A stretch of 33,995 nucleotides of DNA from Callorhinchus milii. Its lineage: Eukaryota. Each line of letters opens with the position of its first letter. The stretch's first letter is position 1. The DNA is taken from assembly GCF_018977255.1 (NCBI RefSeq), contig NW_024705571.1:1-33995 (forward strand), given 5' to 3'. Both the position numbers and the translations under genes were made by a program. Below the pieces are notes generated by a model. That model was given only the letters and a program-made list of their open reading frames with translations, did not search any database and was not told the DNA's origin. Below are positions 8,693 to 20,605 of this stretch, in pieces.

Positions 8693-10700
8693 GGAAACGC
8701 TAGGTAGCGGTTTCGAACGCATTTATGCGTTACCTTCCTCATGTTGCCTGGTTTACCACTTATCACTTTGATAATTTGATCACGGTTTTCGGGTTCGTTT
8801 TTGTAGTTTCCTCTCTCACTCTCTCGCGTCGTGGGAGTGTGTGGTGAAAAATTGTGCTGCACGTAACCAGAATTCGCGCACACGACCCACTTTGACACTT
8901 GGTTCGTGGCATTCGCTCTCTCTGCGATTACATGCACATTTGCCGAGTCAGTGTGTCGATTTAATTCTGTCCCTCGTAATGTTGCCCTCTTTGTTTTTAC
9001 GAGTGTGTTGGATTTCAACACCATTCCGATACGTCATGGACATTCGTCTCCATTTTAGCACTCCGATCCACATAATTTTTGGTTTCCCTTGGATATTTTC
9101 CATTCAAAGGCTCATGCCTGCGCTCCTCAGGGCGTGTCCCTGCTGTCTGTTTTTGTACTGTCCGATCACGCTTCAATGCAACCCTGTCCTTGTATCGATC
9201 GCGCGTCATTTACGGGAGCACTGTCCACGTTTTTGCCCGCCCTGTCACTTGCAGCCTGCCTGTATTCCCAATGAGCTCAGGGTTTAACAAAACTTCAGCG
9301 TGCGTGGCGCGTATGGGCTGCCCGCCTCAATCACTGTGGATGGTTCATCAGTATTTGGACCGCATCTGTGTTATTCCTCTATTCCCTCTGGTATAAGCCG
9401 GTGGAGGAATTGGTCGGAATTGGATCGATTGTGTTTGACCTCCCATCCTGCGATTCTCCTGAATGTTCGCATCCATACCTCCGCGGTCTGTGTAACACCT
9501 TCCCGCTAGGTGGTTATCTTCCATCTCTGTGCGTAATTTGAACCTTGCGTGTGTCGTGGGATGGGGTGTTGATATGGTTTGCTCTGAACCTCTCCCTCCT
9601 GCGATTCTCGTACATTTTGGCCCAGTGTTTCTCCCCATTTGGGTGCCAATTTTTCCTGGATTGTTACCCTCGCCATCTTTGTGGGTAATTTTGATCTTGT
9701 GTGTGTCGTGGCATGGGGTGTTGGTATGGTTCTGTCTGAACCTCCCCCTCCTGCGATTCCTCTGAATGTTCGGCTTTGTGCCGCTCTCATTCTCGTGCCA
9801 ACCTCTCTCTGGGTTATTTTGCCACAGGTGCGTGCGTTTTGCTCCGTCCTGCATTGTGGGACTGCTCGGTGATTTTTATTCCTCTCTGAGAGGCTGGGTT
9901 CCTCATCCCTCTCCCTGTGTTCTGGATCGAATTATGATTCTTAGCTCTGTATAACCATGCCATGTACGCCTTGCTCTCTATGCGGCGTAAGGATGGGTTT
10001 CTGGATTCAAAACCATCCTCACCCTTTCTGTAATCTCTGGCTCAAGGATTAAAAAAACATAATTTGAACATTTTATCTCCTTCGTGGTATTGATTCACAT
10101 CGCCTGCGTAATACGCTCTTTTAAATGGACGAGGTAGTCACGTGGATCTTGGTCCATGCCCTGGGTCATCGATTTTACAGCATAAAACCCCTCAGTGAGT
10201 GTCGAATATTCTCCAAACTTCCGAATCACTGCCAGGCTCAGTTGTTTAAAATCATTTCTAACCTTGTGTGGTAGTGACTTTACCCATGGGATAGATTCTT
10301 TATGTAAGGTCCGTTTCAACAAACTCGCTTTTTCATCCCGTCTCCTCAGCCCTCTAATCATTGCCTCCTCTTCTACTGTTGCGATATGTGTGTGGATATC
10401 CATAGTCTTATTGTGGGGGTCAAAATCGGGAATTCTGACTAGAGCCTTGTCCATCAATTTAAGGGTTTTACTGGTGAATAGGTATTCCGAAAGTTGATCG
10501 CCGACAGCGTCATCATCAAACAAGTTATCATCAGGCAATTTGTCACTTTGGTCTGTGCTGTGTCGGGCGTGTTGCCATTTCCCTTCAGTTTTTGCCTCTG
10601 CCCTTAGTGGAGCATGTCCTGTCGACTTTACTTAACATTTTTCCTCCCTCTCTCGAATTGTGAGGGTTTCCCTTGTCAAGGATTTTTGTTCGATATCCAT
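8683..10700 (-). pseudogene. gag: Gag-like ORF, copy 1 (frameshifted as assembled)
   Basis: Fragments 10095-10538 (capsid-like: RIPDFDP...DEKASLLKRTL...FKQLSLAVIRKF...QGMDQDPRDYL), 9348-9854 and 8683-9024 are collinear with the other copies. Breaks are mostly 1-bp indels. Confidence 0.8.
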
Positions 10701-11487
10701 AATTTTGTGCGATCAATCCCTGGACTCTGTCCACGTACCCAAGAGTGTGATTTAATGTTACTTCCATATTATTCTGTGGATTAACGTCTGTGAGTTTCGC
10801 TGGTGTCGCGAGCTTGATTTCTCCTCCCTCTCGAGGGTGTAGGACATTTCTCCTCGTTATTAGAGACGATTTCTCTCCCGTTTCCTTTCCAAAATTTCCT
10901 CATCCACAATCACTGTCTGTATGCCTGTGTGGGAAGTATGAGTCCTGTCCTGCCTTCTCTGCAGTTTTTGCATCGTGTTCGCCTTGTTACATCTTATCCA
11001 GTCACTTAGTTTCCCTCGAGGTGTGTTCGTGTTATCGATAATAGCTCCCTTCCATATGTCTCTCTGACTGTACTGCTTTGTAACGGATTGGTCGGTACGT
11101 TTTAATACGAGTTCCAGTATCCTGTAACCCATTCAAAAATTATTCTTAATCCCAGCATCTCAAAGGTGGCGGAGTTACTTTGACATTCCTTTCAGAGTGC
11201 ATATAAAACAATTATCTCACAGAGTGTAGTCAATTTGACTCGAGCTATCTGTTATTTTCCGATTCAGAGTGTGTACCTCTAACACCATTATCACAGGATG
11301 CAATTGGTTTGATACGATATTATCTAATTCCACTGTCTCTGTTTAACCTGCTATTCTGGGTTTTAACCTTAGAGGGCGTTTTTTAGTTTTCCGCCCGTTC
11401 ACATTACCATGCAATGTTCGATCCTGATATTCTGGTTAACACGAAGTGATTCATTCCATCATCCATGCAAAACACTGTCTGCGAGAG

Positions 11488-11504
11488 ATCCCGGACGCGC
11501 CCCA
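11488..11504 (-). promoter_or_regulatory. Primer-binding site, tRNA-Pro (variant: 1 substitution, 1 G missing)
   Basis: Minus strand TGGGGCGCGTCCGGGAT, 3 nt (TAA) after the LTR end ...CAACA. Confidence 0.8.
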
Positions 11505-11507
11505 TTA

Positions 11508-14130
11508 TGTTGTATGTGTTGGGATTATGAAATTTTGATGAAAATAATAAAAATTAATAATTTCCGAAAAATGCGCAAATCGCAGTATTTATGTTAAGTG
11601 TGTATTACTATGCATAAATTATGATAATGCGTGTAATTATATGCATAAATTATGATAACACGAGATAATCGTAGTAATTTATGCGGAGGCTTGCGATTAT
11701 GTTATGTGTGTAGTTATGATAATTTGCTTAGTTTCGTTTATCCAGAGTTATCAATCAGGATAACACGATTATCATAGATTCATTTACCGATTATCCTACT
11801 GTGTGTTATGATATTTTAGGTCTCCATTTCATATCTCATCGCAGGTAACAGCTCTTATGAATAAGACAGTTTTGCATGGACTTGGAAAGAAGCACTCGAA
11901 CAGTTGGTGTGAAGCAATTTATTCTAACAAGCATGTGACATTCTATCATGCAGGTCAAACATGCGTCGATAATTCATGAATAACCAAACACATATGCATT
12001 GCGATATCATGCCTTCGATTAATATGAATAACTAAAATTCTTATGCAATACGATATTATGCATTTGACTAAAATGAATGAATAAACTCTTATGCATTTGC
12101 GATACTATGCAATTACCTAATATGAATGACTAAAACTTCTTATTCATGTAACTCGACGCAGCAACTGCTTTGCACGATCAGTTGATATTGAACGCACCAC
12201 TCGAAATGGCAACCCTTTTTGAAACGCCAAAGACAGTTTTCTTTTCAAGTCTTATTCGTGTGCGTGCTGTGTGTGCGTTGTCCCCTTGTAATATTAATTA
12301 ATTCTTAGAGTCGGGAGTTGTGTCGTTAGCTTGTGTGGTGTGGGAGGATACGACAGCGGCCAGCTTCCTCTGGGTGGGCGTGGCCGCATCGGTCGTGCTG
12401 CTCCCTCGCTCGGCGTGTCGCTCGGCTTTTTGCTCTCTCTCTCTCTCTCCACTGCTCGATGACGAGTTGGCACGATGCTGTCCTTGAAGATGCTCGGTCG
12501 CTCGTGTCGCTCGGTGTCGCTCGGTGGCGCACGGGGCGCCCGGTGGCGCACGGTGGCACGGTGGGCACGGTGGCGCCCCGGTGGCGCACGGTGGCGCCCG
12601 GTGGCGCACGGTGTCGCTCGGTGGCGCACAGTGGCGCACGGTGGCGCACGGTGGCGCCCGGTGGCGCAAGGTGGCGCACGTGGCGCACGTGGCGCTCGTT
12701 CAGCGATTCTCCGCCTTTCCTGCGGGTTGTTCGCTGGTCGTCACTCTGACGAGGAGCGATGCTTCGTTCGTGGCAGGGTGGACGTTGGCGTCTTTGTTGG
12801 CTCACTCGCAACTCAGCGATCAGGGTAGCGATTCTTCTCAGGTGGTGCAGACCTCGCTTGTAGCGGCCACTTCCTCTCAAACCTCGTCATTCTGGAGAAC
12901 GAAAACTTCTTGACGATTCTGGTGGGGCCCGTGGCCCGGACGAACTGTGTTGGAGCCGAAGCCCCGACGAGATCTGCTTTGAATGGATTTTCTTCGGTTT
13001 ATATCTGGAAATTCCACTCGTTTCCGAGTTGTTCAAAGGCTGTCATAAAACCCTCCTGTGGGCTGAACCATCTGTGTTCGTTGTGTGTGTGTCCGTCGTG
13101 TTTCGCGTGCGTGTTTGTCCGTGTGTTTATTAGCTTTGACGACACAGCTGTGTCGTTCTGGAAGAAAGGGGTGGGGGTGCCTCGTGACGGTGCCACCGAA
13201 GTTATCCATTAGCCAGACCGATGATTCGCGTCGAGTTATATATAAAAAAACATTCGAATCCGTGTTTTGTACTGAATAATATTTGTCGAGAAAACCTACG
13301 CGTTAAGCGAGCTTAATTGTTCTCTCCCTTGCTCGGGGATCATATCTTTTGTCTCACACAGCTTAAGTTGTTTTGGTTTGGAAGTTGAAATGCAACTTAT
13401 TTGCTGCTTGGTTCCATCTGCACAGTTATGCCGAACCGTGTTCACGATGTTTATCGTGACCCAATCTCTAATGGAAATGTTATTTCCTCACGTGTGCAAT
13501 TTTTTCCTGTCTGTTGGGGAAGACAAAGACGGTTGTTTCCACGGTGGAAGCACCCGGCGCATGCTTTATTTATTGATCTTCGAGACGTGTTAATTTCCTT
13601 GAGCCATTGCCCCTTTATGGTGTCATTTCCTAGCTTTGTGCCTGCGTGTGGAGATCCTCTCGGAAGACAAAGACGGCCGTGTTGCTCGCTTCCCATGGGT
13701 TGTTGTGTTTGGTTAATTTTGAGAGCCTTCTCCGCCCTTGATTCCTCTTCTACTTTAATTCCGTACTTATTATTTGACTTCTTGTGATTATTTAATCTGA
13801 TATCCCGGCTTATCTTTGTTCAGAATATAATGATCTCTTCCTCCATGGTGCCCGGCCCTGCAACCCCCCGCCTGCCATTCCCCCCCTCCCTTTTCCTCTT
13901 GTGTGAATTTAGGGGAGTTTTTATTACCTTATTGCCCCCCTTTCATGTCCTCTTTCCTTGAAAGAGGTGTGCGCACATCTGTGGTAGTGTGGGGGCCTCT
14001 GTGGAAGTGTGGGGGCGTGTTCGTTCCACGTTGCCCGTGTCTATTAAAAAAACCATATTATATATGATGGCAGAATAATTCTTGAAAAAAATAATATTAA
14101 AAAAAATAAAAAGGGGGTACATACACAACA
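11508..14130 (-). repeat. LTR 2 (shared, 2623 bp)
   Basis: TGTTGTATGTG...CATACACAACA; near-identical to LTR 1 apart from many 1-bp deletions; lies between a PBS and a PPT. Confidence 0.85.
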
Positions 14131-14618
14131 ATCCGCCCTTTTGAAAATTATCAGGGGTCGATTTGGCCACTGGCGAATTTTCAAACAAAGTAATGCCCCC
14201 TTTTTATGTCATGAATCCCATCAGCTGCCCTTACTCTCGGCGGTTATTTCTTACGACGCGCGTGCACGTATTACAATCTTAACCTGGTTACATCTGAAAT
14301 AAGCAAAGAAAATAAACAACACGTTAAACATCGATATTGCGTTACATCGGTTCTCATACATCATAAATCCGACGAATATCATTTTTGTTTTTTGCTTAAC
14401 AGGTTACTTTGAATTAGCAAGAAATAACAACACGTTAAAAATGATATTGCGTTACATCGTTCCATCCATCATAACTACGGCGAATATTCATTTTTGTTTT
14501 TGTTAAATCCTGGTTACATTGAATTAAGCAAAGAAAATAACAACACGTTAACATCGATATTGCGTTACATCGGTTCTCATACATCATAACTCTGACGAAC
14601 ATTCATTTTTGTTTTTGG

Positions 14619-16638
14619 TTAAATCCTGGGAAACGCTAGGTAGCGGTTTCGAACGCATTTATGCGTTACCTTCCTCATGTTGCCTGGTTTACCACTTATC
14701 ACTTTGATAATTTGATCACGGTTTTCGGGTTCGTTTTTGTAGTTTCCTCTCTCACTCTCTCGCGTCGTGGGAGTGTGTGGTGAAAAATTGTGCTGCACGT
14801 AACCAGAATTCGCGCACACGACCCACTTTGACACTTGGGTTCGTGGCATTCGCTCTCTCTGCGATTACATGCACATTTGCCGAGTCAGTGTGTCGATTTA
14901 ATTCTGTCCCTCGTAATGTTGCCCTCTTGTTTTTACGAGTGTGTTGGATTTCAACACCATTCCCGATACGTCATGGACATTCGTCTCCATTTTAGCACTC
15001 CGATCCACATAATTTTGGTTTCCCTTGGATATTTTCCATTCAAAGGCTCATGCCTGCGCTCCTCAGGGCGTGTCCTGCTGTCTGTTTTTGTACTGTCCGA
15101 TCAGCTTCAATGCAACCCTGTCCTTGTATTCGATCCGCGCGTCATTTACGGGAGCACTGTCCACGTTTTTGCCCGCCCTGTCACTTGCAGCCTGCCTGTA
15201 TTTCCCAATGAGCTCAGGGTTTAACAAAACTTCAGCGTGCGTGGCGCGTATGGGCTGCCCGCTCTCAATCACTGTGGATGGTTCATCACGTATTTGGACC
15301 GCATTCTGTGTTATTCTCTATTCCCTCCTGTATAGCCGGTGGAGGAATTGTCGGAATTGGATCGATTGTGTTGACCTCCCATCCTGCGATTCTCCTGAAT
15401 GTTCGCATCCATACCTCCGCGGTCTGTGTAACACCTCCCGCTAGGTGGTTATCTTCCCATCTCTGTGCGTAATTTGAACCTTGCGTGTGTCGTGGGATGG
15501 GTGTTGATATGGTTTTGCTCTGAACCTCTCCCTCCTGCGATTCTCGTACATTTTTGGCCCAGTGTTTCTCCCATTTGGGGTGCCAAATTTTTCCTGGATT
15601 GTTACCTCGCCATCTTTGTGGGTAATTTTGATCTTGTGTGTGTCGTGGCATGGGGTGTTGGTATGGTTCTGTTCTGAACCTCCCCCTCCTGCGATTCCTC
15701 TGAATGTTCGGCTTTGTGCCGCTCTCATTCTCGTGCCAACCTCTCTCTGGGTTATTTTGCCACAGGTGCGTGCGTTTTTGCTCCGTCCTGCATTGTGGGA
15801 CTGCTCGGTGATTTTTATTCCTCTCTGAGAGGCTGGGTTCCTCATCCCTCTCCCTGTGTTCTGGATCCGAATTATGATTCTTAGCTCTGTATAACATGCC
15901 ATGTACGCCTTGCTCTCTATGCGGCGTAAGGATGCGGTTTCTGGATTCAAAACCATCCTCACCCTTCTGTAATCTCTGGCTCAAGGATTCAAAAAACATA
16001 ATTTTGAACATTTTATCTCCTTCGTGGTATTGATTCACATCGCCTGCGTAATACGCTCTTTTAAATTGGACGAGGTAGTCACGTGGATCTTGGTCCATGC
16101 CCTGGGTCATCGATTTTACAGCATAAAACCCCTCAGTGAGTGTCGAATATTCTCCAAACTTCCGAATCACTGCCAGGCTCAGTTGTTTAAAATCATTTCT
16201 AACCTTGTGTGGTAGTGACTTTACCCATGGATAGATTCTTTATGTAAGGTCCGTTTCAACAAACTCGCTTTTTCATCCCGTCTCCTCAGCCCTCTAATCA
16301 TTGCCTCCTCTTCTACTGTTGCGATATGTGTGTGGATATCCATAGTCTTATTGTGGGGGTCAAAATCGGGAATTCTGACTAGAGCCTTGTCCATCAATTT
16401 AAGGTTTACTGGTGAATAGGTATTCCGAAAGTTGATCGCCGACAGCGTCATCATCAAACAAGTTATCATCAGGCAATTTGTCACTTTGGTCTGTGCTGTG
16501 TCGGGCGTGTTGCCATTTCCCTTCAGTTTTTGCCTCTGCCCTTAGTGGAGCATGTCCTGTCGACTTTACTTTAACATTTTTCCTCCCCTCTCGATTGTGA
16601 GGGTTTCCCTTTGTCAAGGATTTTTGTTCGATATCCAT
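14619..16638 (-). pseudogene. gag: Gag-like ORF, copy 2 (frameshifted as assembled)
   Basis: Fragments 16399-16638 (MDIEQK...), 16221-16484, 15286-16170, 15063-15272 and 14619-14849. Confidence 0.8.
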
Positions 16639-17437
16639 AATTTTTGTGCGATCAATCCCTGGACTCTGTCCACGTACCCAAGAGTGTGATTTAATGTTAC
16701 TTCCATATTATTCTGTGGATAACGTCTGTGAGTTTCGCTGGTGTCGCGAGCTTTGATTTCTCCTCCTCTCGAGGGTGTGAGGACATTTCTCCTCGTTTAT
16801 AGAGACGATTTCTCTCCCGTTTCCTTTCCAAAATTTTCCTCATTCCACAATCACTGTCTGTATGCCTGTGTGGGAAGTCATGAGTCCTGTCCTGCTTCTC
16901 TGCAGTTTTTGCATCGTGTTCGCCTTTGTTACATCTTATCCAGTCACTTAGTTTCCCTCGAGGTGTGTTCGTGTTATCGATATAGCTCCCTTCCCATATG
17001 TCTCTCTGACTGTACTGCTTTGTAACGGATTGGTCGGTACGTTTTAATACGAGTTCCCAGTATCCTGTAACCCATTCAAAAATTATTCTTAATCCCAGCA
17101 TCTCAAAGTGTGGCGGGAGTTACTTTGACATTCCCTTTCAGAGTGCATATAAAACAATTATCTCACAGAGTGTAGTCAATTTGACTCGAGCTATCTGTTA
17201 TTTTCCGATTCAGAGTGTGTACCTCTAACACCATTTATCACAGGATGCAATTGGTTTGATACGATATTATCTTAATTCCACTGTCTCTGTTTTAACCTGC
17301 TATTCTGGGTTTTAACCTTAGAGGGCGTTTTTTAGTTTTCCGCCCGTTCACAATTACCATGCAATGTTCGATCCTGATATTCTGGTTAACACGAAGTGAT
17401 TCATTCCATCATCCATGCAAAACACTGTCTGCGAGAG

Positions 17438-17455
17438 ATCCCGGACGCGCCCCCA
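17438..17455 (-). promoter_or_regulatory. Primer-binding site, tRNA-Pro (17/18)
   Basis: Minus strand TGGGGGCGCGTCCGGGAT, 3 nt after the LTR end. Confidence 0.85.
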
Positions 17456-17458
17456 TTA

Positions 17459-20115
17459 TGTTGTATGTGTTGGGATTATGAAATTTTGATGAAAATAATA
17501 AAAATTAATAATTTCCGAAAAATGCGCAAATCGCAGTATTTATGTTAATGTGTGTATTACTATGCATAAATTATGATAATGCGTGTAATTATATGCATAA
17601 ATTATGATAATCACGGAGATAATCGTAGTAATTTATGCGGAGGCTTGCGATTATGTTAATGTGTGTAGTTATGATAATTTGCTTAGTTTCGTTTATCCAG
17701 AGTTATCAATCAGGATAACACGATTATCATAGATTCATTTACCGATTATCCTACTGTGTGTTATGATATTTTAGGTCTCCATTTTCATATCTCATCGCAG
17801 GTAACAGCTCTTATGAATAAGACAGTTTTGCATGGACTTGGAAAGAAGCACTCGAACAGTTGGTGTGAAGCAATTTATTCTAACAAGCATGTGACATTCT
17901 ATCATGCAGGTCAAACATGCGTCGATAATTCATGAATAACCAAACACATATGCATTTGCGATATCATGCCTTCGATTAATATGAATAACTAAAATTCTTA
18001 TGCAATTACGATATTATGCATTTGACTAAAATGAATGAATAAACTCTTATGCATTTGCGATACTATGCAATTACCTAATATGAATGACTAAAACTTTCTT
18101 ATTCATGTAACTCGACGGCAGCAACTGCTTTGCACGATCAGTTGATATTGAACGCACCACCTCGAAATGGCAACCCTTTTTGAAACGCAAAGACAGTTTT
18201 CTTTTCAAGTCTTATTCGTGTGCGTGCTGTGTGTGCGTTGTCCCCTTGTAATATTAATTAATTCTTAGAGTCGGGAGTTGTGTCGTTAGCTTGTGTGGTG
18301 TGGGAGGATACGAACAGCGGCCAGCTTCCTCTGGGTGGGCGTGGCCGCATCGAGTCGTGCTGCTCCCTCGCTCGGCGTGTCGCTCGGCTTTTGCTCTCTC
18401 TCTCTCTCTCCACTGCTCGATGACGAGTTGGCACGATGCTGTCCTTGAAGATGCTCGGTCGCTCGTGTCGCTCGGTGTCGCTCGGTGGCGCACGGTGGCG
18501 CCCGGTGGCGCACGGTGGCGCACGGTGGCGCACGGTGGCGCCCGGTGGCGCACGGTGGCGCCGGTGGCGCACGGTGTCGCTCGGTGGCGCACAGTGGCGC
18601 ACGGTGGCGCACGGTGGCGCCCGGTGGCGCAAGGTGGCGCACGGTGGCGCACGTTGGCGCTCGTTCAGCGATCTCCGCCTTTCCTGCGGGTTGTTCGCTG
18701 GTCGTCACTCTGACGAGGAGCGATGCTTCGTTCGTGGCAGGGTGGACGTTGGCGTCTTTGTTGGCTTCACTCGCAACTCAGCGACTCAGGGTAGCGATTC
18801 TTCTCAGGTGGTGCAGACCTCGGCTTGTAGCGGCCAGCTTCCTCTGCAAACCTCGTCATTCTGGATGACGAAAACTTCTTGACGATTTCTGGTGGGGCCC
18901 GTGGCCCGGACGAACTGTGTTGGAGCCGAAGCCCGGACGAGATCTGCTTTGAATGGATTTTTCTTCGGTTTATATCTGGAAATTCCACTCAGTTTCCCGA
19001 GTTGTTCAAAGGCTGTCATAAAACCTCCTGTGGGCTGAACCATCTGTGTTCGTTGTGTGTGTGTCCGTCCGTGTGTTTCGCGTGCGTGTTTGTCCGTGTG
19101 TTTATTAGCTTTGACGACACAGCTGTGTCGTTCTGGAAGAAAGGGGTGGGGGTGCCTCGTGACGGTGCCACCGAAGTTATCCATTAGCCAGACCGATGAT
19201 TCGCGTCGAGTTATATATAAAAAAAACATTCGAATCCGTGTTTTGTTACTGAATAATATTTGTCGAGAAAACCTACGCGTTAAGCGAGCTTAATTGTTCT
19301 CTCCCTTGCTCGGGGATCATATCTTTTGTCTCACACAGCTTAAGTTGTTTTGGTTTGGAAGTTGAAATGCAACTTATTTGCTGCTTGGTTCCATCTGCAC
19401 AGTTATGCCGAAACCGTGTTCACGATGTTTCATCGTGACCCGATCTCTAATGGAAATGTTATTTCCTCACGTGTGCAATTTTTTTCTGTCCTTGTTGTGG
19501 GAAGACAAAGACGGTTGTTTCCACGGTGGAAGCACCCGGCGCATGCTTTTATTTATGATCTCGAAGACGTGTTAATTTCCTTTGAGCCATTGCCCCCTTT
19601 ATGGGTGTCATTTCCTAGCTTTGTGCCTGCGTGTGGAGATCTCTCGGAAAGACAAAGACGGCCGTGTTGCTCGCTTCCCATGGGTTGTTGTGTTTGGTTA
19701 ATTTTGAGAGCCTTCTCCGCCCTTGATTCTCTTCTACTTTAATTCCGTACTTATTATTTGACTTCTTGTGATTATTTAATCTGATATCCCGGCTTATCTT
19801 TGTTCAGAATATAATGATCTCTTCCTCCATGGTGCCCGGCCCTGCAACCCCCGCCTGCCATTCCCCCCCTCCCTTGTTCCTCTTGTGTGAATTTAGGGGA
19901 GTTTTTATACCTTATTGCCCCCCTTTCATGTCCTCTTTCCTTGAAAAGAGGTGTGCGCACATCTGTGGTAGTGTGGGGCCTCTGTGGAAGTGTGGGGGCG
20001 TGTTCGTTCCACGTTGCCCCGTGTCTATTAAAAAAACCATATTATATATGATGGCAGAATAATTCTTGAAAAAAAATAATATTAAAAAAAATAAAAAGGG
20101 GGTACATACACAACA
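17459..20115 (-). repeat. LTR 3 (shared, 2657 bp)
   Basis: Same termini and internal structure as LTR 1. Confidence 0.85.
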
Positions 20116-20605
20116 ATCCGCCCTTTTGAAAATTATCAGGGGTCGATTTGGCCACTGGCGAATTTTCAAACAAAGTAATGCCCCTTTTTATGTCATGAAT
20201 CCCATCAGCGCCCTTACTCTCGGCGGTTATTTCTTACGACGCGCGTGCACGTATTACAATCTTAACCTGGTTACATCTGAAATAAGCAAAGAAAATAAAC
20301 AACACGTTAAACATCGATATTGCGTTACATCGGTTCTCATACATCATAATCCGACGAATATTCATTTTTGTTTTTGCTTAACAGGTTACATTTGAATTAA
20401 GCAAAGAAAATAAAAACGTTAAAATATCGATATTGCGTTACATCGTTCTCATCCATCATAACTACGGCGAATATTCATTTTTGTTTTTGTTAAATCCTGG
20501 TTACATTTGAATTAAGCAAAGAAAATAACAACACGTTAACATCGATATTGCGTTACATCGGTTCTCATACATCATAACTCTGACGAACATTCATTTTTGT
20601 TTTTG

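Noticed and set aside
7422..9954. Plus-strand Cys/hydrophobic-rich ORFs as env or an antisense gene
   Set aside because: Short, mostly non-ATG starts, frames differ between copies, no signal peptide/furin/TM architecture; explained by composition and by being antisense to gag.
8187..11507. Hidden pol remnants in the interior
   Set aside because: No protease, RT, RNase H or integrase motifs seen in the provided frames; a very degraded remnant cannot be excluded without a profile search.
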